32,000 nucleotides of DNA, taken from assembly GCF_000092105.1 (NCBI RefSeq), contig NC_014148.1, forward strand, positions 1,170,001 to 1,202,000, written 5' to 3'. The DNA is from Planctopirus limnophila DSM 3776 (GTDB taxonomy: Bacteria > Planctomycetota > Planctomycetia > Planctomycetales > Planctomycetaceae). Each line of letters begins with the position of its first letter. Position 1 is the first letter of the stretch. A model generated the notes under the pieces. That model was not told where the DNA came from and did not search any database. It worked only from the letters and a program-made list of their open reading frames with translations. Made by a program: the position numbers and the translations under genes. This document shows, piece by piece, positions 26,748-32,000 of the stretch.

Positions 26748-27707
26748 TTATGATGGTTTCAGCAGAATTTTGCGGGTGCCGGGCCTTTGAGCGTGAGCCA
26801 GAGCTTCTCGGCCTTCGTGAAGGGAGTACGTTTTTTCAATGAGTGGTTGCAGGATTGAGCCTTTCTGAACCAGCCACTGTAGAGCTTTGGCGAAGGGGCC
26901 GCAGCGTGAGCCTATGACCTGGATTTCGTCGATCACGACCGGTGCGAGCGAGAGCTGATGCGGGGCGGCGACTGTCGTTTTGAGAACGACAACCCCTTCG
27001 GGTTCCACCAGTGGCAAGGCAAACTCAAGACCTTCCTTGCGACCTGTCGTCTCGATGACGACCTCCCATTTTCGCTGTGCGGGAAGTTGGTCTTTGAGAT
27101 AAGTCGTCAGCCCGAGTTCGTTGGCGAATTGCAGTTTTTCGGGATGTTTGCCGACGACGGCAAGCTCCCTGGCCAATGGGAACAAGGCGGCGGCACATAA
27201 GCTTCCCAAACGGCCGTCACCCACGACCAGCACACTTTTCCCGGCCAGACTTAGTTGTTCCGGGATTCGAAGTGCGGCAGCCAGTGGCTCAGTGAGAACG
27301 GCGAGATCATCCGGCAGGCTCTCCGGAACCACATGCAGATTTTCGGCTGGGAGTGAGAACCTCGAAGCGAATGCTCCATGACGGCGGTAAATGCCCAGGA
27401 CAGTTCGATGCGGGCAGTGCGATTTCTGACCGCGCTGGCAATAGACGCATTGACCGCAGGGACAGTTGATCTCACCAACAACGCGCTTCCCGGCGAACGG
27501 GCCATTGAGGGCGGTGCCGACAAATTCGTGGCCTAACACCCCTTCATAACCCATGTAGCCGGAGATGAGCTGCAGGTCGGTTTCGCAAATGCCGGCGAGC
27601 CTTAATTCGATGATGGTCTCGTCAGCGGTGCTGGATGGGGAGAGCTGAGCGTCGTCAATCGAAGAATCAATGACGATGTTGCCGCGAGAAAGAACGATCT
27701 TGGTCAT
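26748..27707 (-). CDS. Zinc-dependent medium-chain (MDR) alcohol/polyol dehydrogenase family protein
   Basis: Catalytic Zn ligands are in GICETDLQ and GHEFVG. Structural Zn cluster: CPCGQCVYCQRGQKSHC. Cofactor motif: VLVVGDGRLGSL. The start is at ATG 27707 (MTKIVLSRG). The 51 upstream codons of the track ORF run through repeat DNA. Confidence 0.9.
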   Translation of the reverse strand: MTKIVLSRGNIVIDSSIDDAQLSPSSTADETIIELRLAGICETDLQLISGYMGYEGVLGHEFVGTALNGPFAGKRVVGEINCPCGQCVYCQRGQKSHCPHRTVLGIYRRHGAFASRFSLPAENLHVVPESLPDDLAVLTEPLAAALRIPEQLSLAGKSVLVVGDGRLGSLCAAALFPLARELAVVGKHPEKLQFANELGLTTYLKDQLPAQRKWEVVIETTGRKEGLEFALPLVEPEGVVVLKTTVAAPHQLSLAPVVIDEIQVIGSRCGPFAKALQWLVQKGSILQPLIEKTYSLHEGREALAHAQRPGTRKILLKPS

Positions 27708-27749
27708 GATGTATTCCGGAGTTCTTTCGTGGGGGGGCTTATCGTACGT

Positions 27750-27818
27750 TTCCCAGAAGATAACATCGCGTGATTGGTTGCGAAAACATGCTTGCCCAGA
27801 GCTGCAGTCTATGACACA
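27750..27818 (+). repeat. P-family repeat, variant with a degenerate right arm
   Basis: TCCCAGAAG, then 27 nt, then CATGCTTGCCCAGAGCTGCAGTCTATGACACA. It shares the GTCTAT replacement of the right arm with the copy at 30398-30467. Confidence 0.85.
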
Positions 27819-27846
27819 TAAGTTTGACGGAGTGCTCATTAGATGC

Positions 27847-27879
27847 GTGGCTGGGGTCAAACGTCCTCGTTTGCCCCCA
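27847..27879 (-). repeat. H-family hairpin repeat, reverse orientation
   Basis: Plus strand GTGGCTGGGGTCAAACGTCCTCGTTTGCCCCCA; reverse complement TGGGGGCAAACG-AGGA-CGTTTGACCCC-AGCCAC. It is identical to 30493-30525. Confidence 0.9.
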
Positions 27880-27935
27880 GGTCATTCGACTCTTATGAAT
27901 TCAGTCGATTGTGCTCGAAAGCCATGAAGGCTTTT

Positions 27936-28095
27936 TCCGGATGCAATTGCGCTGGTAAGGTCGATTGACCAGGGGGCGAATGAAGACATTCGCCCCCTGC
28001 CAACCGTCATGACATCAAATGTCACATTGAAAAGCGTAAAGACCACGCCCTTTCGCAAAGCCTCCAGGGTCGTGCCACCCAGGGTCGTGCCAGCC
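27936..28095 (+). repeat. Long intergenic repeat element containing a perfect 11-bp H-family hairpin (27972-27997)
   Basis: GGGGGCGAATG-AAGA-CATTCGCCCCC-TGCCAACCG, then an extension collinear with 5131-5228. It ends with a tandem AGGGTCGTGCCA(C/G)CC x2. Confidence 0.85.
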
Positions 28096-28128
28096 GGCGC
28101 TGAGGAATTGAGTCGAGCAGTGGTTACT

Positions 28129-30168
28129 TCAGGCGGCGTGGGCTTGTTCGCGCTGGGCGGCAAACAAATTTCGATAGATCGGGCAGGTCTTCAACAGTTG
28201 GGTATGTTCGCCATGTGCGATGATCTGACCATGATCCATCACCACCACTCGATCGACGATTTTGAGCAGTGTGTCTGTCAAAGAGTGTGTGACAATCAGC
28301 ACGGTGCGGTTCTGCTTGTGGTGGGCGAGTGCTTCGTAAATCTGTGTTTCGCTTTCGCGATCAATGGCTGATGTGGCTTCATCGAGAATGAGAATGGCAG
28401 GATCGCGCAGGAGTGCTCTTACGAGGGCGATGCGTTGTCTTTGACCACCGGAAAGCCGTTGACCCCGCTCGCCGACGGAAGTTTCGAGACCATCGGGGAA
28501 ACGACTGGCAAAGGAATCGACGGCAAAATCATGTGCCAGTCGAGTCACGCGGTCAGCGGGAGCATCCCAACTGCCATAGCGCAGGTTTTCGGAGATGGTG
28601 CGGTTGAAGAGCTGTGTTTCCTGAGGGACCACGGCAATCTGTTTTCGTAACAGTGCCAACTGAGTGTGGCGAATATCAATTCCGTCAATGCGCAGGATGC
28701 CGAAATCCGGGTCGTAGAGCCTGGGGAGCAGGTTGATGAGTGTAGATTTTCCAGAGCCGTTCCCGCCGACAATGGCCACGGTTTCGCCGAAGGCAATCCT
28801 CAGGGAGACTCGGTCAAGAGCCGGCGGACGTGCCTGATTGCGGTCTTCGGCGACGGGGTGAGTATAGGTGATGTTCTCGAACTCAATCTTGTCGGTGTGG
28901 CGAGGTAATGGCACCCATTGTCGATCCTGCTGTAAACGGGTGTGAGTTTTCAGCAGGCTGAAGACACGATCGCAGGCGGCGGAAGATTTTTTGAACTTGG
29001 GATAGACGGCAGAGAGTTTGCGGGCCGGGTCGAGGAGGCCACCCATGAGCGTGTAAAGTAACGCCAGTTCGGCGATATCGAGAGGCCCTTCGGAGAGTTG
29101 AATCCCGAAAATTTCGGACTTCTGGCGGAGGACCATGTAAGCTCCCGGAAGCAGCGCCATGCAGGCTCCCAGTGTGGCGAGAATTTCTGTGGTGGGGCTG
29201 GAGAGCGCATCCATCCGCAGGATTTTCATCGTTTTTTCGAAGGCCACTTTCTGTTCGCGATGAAAGCTTTGCCGCCTTTGCCTTTCGAGACCAAAGGCGA
29301 GAATTGTGCGAAATGATCTGAGTGTTTCTTCGAGTTGAGTGAAGATCCGTGACATGCTTTCCATCTGTTTGCGGCTGGCTTTTTTGATTTTCTTGCCATA
29401 GCGGCCAAAAAGTAATGCTCCCAGCGGGACGACGATTAGCGAAAGCGTTGTTAATCGCCAGTTCACGAGAAAACAGCAGATCAGCACGCTGAGAATCTTT
29501 AAAGGTTCGACAATTAAACGTCCGCCGAACAGGGTGAGCCCTGTCCCTAACTGCTGCAGGTCATAGGTGAAGCGCGCCATCAACTGGGGTGTACCCAGGA
29601 GACTTAAGGTGACATGGTCGAGCCTGAGAACGTGCTGGAACATGCGCTGGCGGAGCATGACCATGGTCGATTCGACGGCGATACCGACCAGATTTTCCTG
29701 CAGGTAAACCGTTAAACCTTTGGCCAGCGTGACTATTGCCAATAATGCGAGCAGCAGGACGAGTGTGGGAAATGCCTGTTCTGGGAGCCACGAGGAAAGT
29801 TGTTTTGACAGCCAGGTGCAGAACATGAGCCGCCAGCCCGAAGAGGCCAGTTGCCGCTGGGCACGGTCGAGGCTTTTGAGCAGACTGATTTTTTCGGAGG
29901 ATGAGACATTCGGGTCGAGTTGGTCGAGCTGATGTTGAACTCGGGCGGCTTCGGCCTGGTGCTGGGCTGTTTCGGTTTCGGCTTTCTGGGTTTCTTCTGT
30001 GAGATAAGCCTGCAGGCTCTGGCCTTGTAAGAGAACTTTGACGAGAGGATAGGAGAGCATCAGCCCGGCTGACCAGAAAATGGCCACCAGCAGGGCTGCG
30101 ATTGATGAGCCAATCAGATATCCCCGGACACGCCAGAGATAAGGGGCTAGTTGGTTCAGGCTCTCCAT
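28129..30168 (-). CDS. ABC exporter, fused permease/ATPase (MsbA-like type IV fold) with an insertion of about 85 aa after TM1
   Basis: Walker A VGGNGSGKST, signature LSGGQRQRIAL, Walker B ILILDEATSAID and H-loop VLIVTHSL. The N-terminal half has six TM segments. ATG 30168 (MESLNQL); the track start at 30192 is TTG. Confidence 0.9.
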   Translation of the reverse strand: MESLNQLAPYLWRVRGYLIGSSIAALLVAIFWSAGLMLSYPLVKVLLQGQSLQAYLTEETQKAETETAQHQAEAARVQHQLDQLDPNVSSSEKISLLKSLDRAQRQLASSGWRLMFCTWLSKQLSSWLPEQAFPTLVLLLALLAIVTLAKGLTVYLQENLVGIAVESTMVMLRQRMFQHVLRLDHVTLSLLGTPQLMARFTYDLQQLGTGLTLFGGRLIVEPLKILSVLICCFLVNWRLTTLSLIVVPLGALLFGRYGKKIKKASRKQMESMSRIFTQLEETLRSFRTILAFGLERQRRQSFHREQKVAFEKTMKILRMDALSSPTTEILATLGACMALLPGAYMVLRQKSEIFGIQLSEGPLDIAELALLYTLMGGLLDPARKLSAVYPKFKKSSAACDRVFSLLKTHTRLQQDRQWVPLPRHTDKIEFENITYTHPVAEDRNQARPPALDRVSLRIAFGETVAIVGGNGSGKSTLINLLPRLYDPDFGILRIDGIDIRHTQLALLRKQIAVVPQETQLFNRTISENLRYGSWDAPADRVTRLAHDFAVDSFASRFPDGLETSVGERGQRLSGGQRQRIALVRALLRDPAILILDEATSAIDRESETQIYEALAHHKQNRTVLIVTHSLTDTLLKIVDRVVVMDHGQIIAHGEHTQLLKTCPIYRNLFAAQREQAHAA

Positions 30169-30397
30169 AGATCCCGCACATCCCTGTGCCAAGGGCCGAC
30201 GATTGTCTGTGGGCCCAGGTCAAATGTTCGAAAAGTCTTTCCTGATTTTTGGCTGGGAGCTTTTCTTACGAAAAGTCGCACGCTGTAAGACTTTCGCAGA
30301 AGTGGCGAAGGTGGGCAAGAAGAGTTCTCCAGCCGTTCAATGCCACGGAAAACAACGAATCTGGGAATTGGCAGGTGTTTGTGCTGACTTATGCGTT

Positions 30398-30467
30398 TTC
30401 CAGAAAATTGCTGAGAGTTGCTGGTTGTGAAAACATGCTTGCCCAGAGCTGCTGTCTATTGCACACA
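30398..30467 (+). repeat. P-family repeat, variant with a degenerate right arm
   Basis: TTCCAGAAA, then 27 nt, then CATGCTTGCCCAGAGCTGCTGTCTATTGCACACA. It is a paralog of 27750-27818. Confidence 0.85.
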
Positions 30468-30492
30468 TCTTTTCCCGAACGCTTTTTGACGT

Positions 30493-30525
30493 GTGGCTGG
30501 GGTCAAACGTCCTCGTTTGCCCCCA
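30493..30525 (-). repeat. H-family hairpin repeat, reverse orientation
   Basis: 33/33 identical to 27847-27879. Confidence 0.9.
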
Positions 30526-30581
30526 GTTCATAGGTCTCTGATCGTTTTTGACGAACAGCATGGAAAGTCATGAATCTATGT

Positions 30582-30656
30582 TTCGGATGCGTTTGCGCTA
30601 GGGAACCTTGTTGACCAGGGGGCGGATGAAGACATCCGACCCCTGCCACCCGACGC
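30582..30656 (+). repeat. 5' part of the long repeat element with its H-family hairpin (30618-30643) and tail
   Basis: TTCGGATGCGTTTGCGCT ... GGGGGCGGATG-AAGA-CATCCGACCCC-TGCCACCCGACGC. It is collinear with 27936-28008 and 5068-5140. It is truncated where a P copy begins. Confidence 0.85.
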
Positions 30657-30669
30657 GCGTTGCTGGATG

Positions 30670-30722
30670 GGAAGACATGCTTGCTCAGAGCTGCAAGCAT
30701 GGCACACTGAGCATGGCACACA
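30670..30722 (+). repeat. P-family palindrome copy without the 5' module
   Basis: GGAAGACATGCTTGC-TCAGAGCT-GCAAGCATG-GCACAC, followed by a partial duplication GCATGGCACACA. Confidence 0.85.
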
Positions 30723-30740
30723 GCAGGTTATTGAGCAAAA

Positions 30741-32000
30741 TTATTTCGTCACTGGAGTGGCGTCTTCCATCTTGGAGCCTCTCCAGAGGGGCTCGATATT
30801 GGATTGATTCCACTTTTCCCAGGAAGTTTTCAGACGGGCGACAATTTCGGGATGAGTTTCTGCCAGGTTGTTTTTTTCGCTGATGTCTGTGGAGAGGTCG
30901 TAAAGTTCCCAGCCACTATTTTTTGATGCGGGAAAATCTCGCCAATCCACGAGCTTCCAGTTTCCTGCGCGGACGGCTTTTTGGGGGCCAAATCTCCAGA
31001 AGAGCGATTCGTGAGGAGCTCCCGAACGCTGGCCGAGCCAATAGGGCATGAGATTCACCCCATCGATTCCTTGAGGAAGTGGCTGTGGTTTTGCGGGATT
31101 ATTGGCAGCCAACTGGCAAACCGTGGGGAGAAGATCGAGAGAAATGATGGGCTGCTCGTAGATTGTGCGGGCGGGAAGTTGCCCGGGCCATGAGACAAAG
31201 AAGGGGACGCGGATGCCGCCTTCGAGAGTTTGCCCTTTATCTCCGCGCAGGGGATGGTTGAGCCCGGAGTTGTACGCGAGTATGGGTGCGCGTCCCGACC
31301 CGCCATTATCACTGAGAAATATAATGAGTGTCTTTTCGCGGAGCCCATGCTGACTCAGGTGCTGCGTAATCCGGCCGATGGAATCGTCGAGGCCGGCCAG
31401 TAAGGAGAGGTAGCCGCGGCGAGCTGGGAGTTTTACAGACTCTGGGATTCTCTTCTGGAGATGCGGGGCGATTTCGAGTGGTGTGTGGACGGCATTGTAC
31501 GAAAGATACAAGAACCAGGGTTTGTTGGGCGGGCCACTCATCCAGCGAAGAGCTTCGTTGGTGAAGAGATCTGTCGCGTAGCCTTCCTGTGGTTCGACTT
31601 CGCGGCCCCGGTAGATCATGTCGTGAGAGTGAGCAGTTCCAAACCTGGCTTTGACTTCTTTATGTAAGAGGTAGTTGTGGCCACCGACGAGGAAGCCGAA
31701 AAACTCATCGAACCCCCGGCTTTGCGGATGATGATCTTTGCTGAAACCTTGGTGCCATTTGCCGATCAGGGCCGTGCGATAGCCTTCTGTTTGTAATAAA
31801 TTGGCGATCGTCACTTCTTCGAGCGGCAAGCCGAGTTTCGCTTCTTCGCCTACGTGGGGATTGAACTCGTGTCCAAACCGAGTCTGGTACTTCCCGGTGA
31901 GAAAGCCGGCGCGAGAGGGGCTGCAATAGGGTGCCGAGACGTATGCGTTGGTGCAGCGAATGCCACTGGCGGCTAATTGATCCAGGTGAGGTGTGGGGAT
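30741..32000 (-). CDS. Cys-type (formylglycine-dependent) arylsulfatase family protein; the N-terminus lies beyond the right edge
   Basis: The frame is open from 32000. Translating from the edge gives IPTPHLDQLAASGIRCTNAYVSAPYCSPSRAGFLTGKYQTRFGH, with the CSPSR modification motif at 31925-31911. Then GKWHQG, LSYNAVHTPL and IIFLSDNGG follow. The track start at 31829 is an internal TTG. Confidence 0.9.
   Translation of the reverse strand: MPTPHLDQLAASGIRCTNAYVSAPYCSPSRAGFLTGKYQTRFGHEFNPHVGEEAKLGLPLEEVTIANLLQTEGYRTALIGKWHQGFSKDHHPQSRGFDEFFGFLVGGHNYLLHKEVKARFGTAHSHDMIYRGREVEPQEGYATDLFTNEALRWMSGPPNKPWFLYLSYNAVHTPLEIAPHLQKRIPESVKLPARRGYLSLLAGLDDSIGRITQHLSQHGLREKTLIIFLSDNGGSGRAPILAYNSGLNHPLRGDKGQTLEGGIRVPFFVSWPGQLPARTIYEQPIISLDLLPTVCQLAANNPAKPQPLPQGIDGVNLMPYWLGQRSGAPHESLFWRFGPQKAVRAGNWKLVDWRDFPASKNSGWELYDLSTDISEKNNLAETHPEIVARLKTSWEKWNQSNIEPLWRGSKMEDATPVTK

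Noticed and set aside
27708-27860. 51-codon N-terminal extension of the dehydrogenase ORF. Together with the ORFs at 30249-30883 and 9437-9829, it contains SSGQACF-like peptides.
   Set aside because: The recurring peptide is the translated P-family repeat. MDR dehydrogenases start close to the MTKIVL position. None of the 30249-30883 ORFs has a coding-like composition.
9713-30722. Possibility that the recurring palindromic units of about 30 nt are CRISPR repeats
   Set aside because: The copies are kilobases apart and separated by genes, not by regular 30-40-nt spacers. Several are degenerate, and there are no cas genes.
27749-30722. Calling the repeat mosaics an insertion sequence or MITE
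   Set aside because: There is no transposase. I could find no terminal inverted repeats bounding the whole 260-bp unit and no target-site duplication. I keep them as REP/BIME-like repeats; mobility remains untested.
1-32000. Defence island, prophage or secondary-metabolite cluster
   Set aside because: There are no nuclease/helicase/methylase clusters, toxin-antitoxin pairs, phage structural or integrase genes, or PKS/NRPS-type genes. There is no tRNA-flanked compositional break. The gene content is housekeeping plus envelope and metal functions.

Overview
This is a densely coding, moderately GC-rich chromosomal segment. It looks planctomycetal: a PSCyt/DUF1592-type protein with cytochrome-c motifs, a Cys-type sulfatase plus FGE, an ECF sigma pair, and mostly weak SD sites. 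All product calls come from motif recognition by eye; no database search was run.

I can support 22 protein genes (one weak, two cut by the window edges):
- Minus strand, 1-1645: a 5' gene stub, a putative anti-sigma factor and an ECF sigma factor.
- Plus strand: a secreted S9 serine peptidase.
- Minus strand, envelope/lipid A run: skp, lpxC, lpxA and a Gfo/Idh/MocA oxidoreductase.
- Minus strand: prfA (RF1) and rpmE (type B L31).
- Plus strand: NDH-2, a secreted NTF2-like protein, a 659-aa Gly/Arg/Pro low-complexity plus TPR protein, PPK2 and a histidine phosphatase.
- Minus strand: a GT-C membrane glycosyltransferase and a DUF1592-family protein.
- Plus strand: a membrane-anchored formylglycine-generating enzyme (FGE) translationally coupled to a P1B-type ATPase.
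- Minus strand: a Zn-dependent MDR dehydrogenase, an MsbA-like ABC exporter and a Cys-type sulfatase running off the right edge.

I see no rRNA, tRNA, CRISPR array, transposase, integrase, phage gene or recognisable defence gene, so there is no obvious island or novel multi-gene system here.

The gene list does not explain the intergenic DNA. Most spacers longer than about 150 bp (8 of the 13 I listed) carry copies of two short structured repeat families:
- Family P is a roughly 70-nt unit ending in the palindrome CATGCTTGC-N8-GCAAGCATG.
- Family H is a GGGG-stem-AAGA-stem-CCCC hairpin followed by a GCCACCC tail. Its inner stem co-varies between copies. It occurs as inverted, REPIN-like doublets and inside a roughly 160-bp longer element.
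- Two roughly 260-bp mosaics of these units (27749-28008 and 30396-30655) are collinear paralogs.

The most interesting gene-level observation is the ATGA-coupled pair of a bona fide FGE (both copper-ligand cysteines present) and a P1B ATPase with a TPCP membrane motif and no soluble metal-binding domain.
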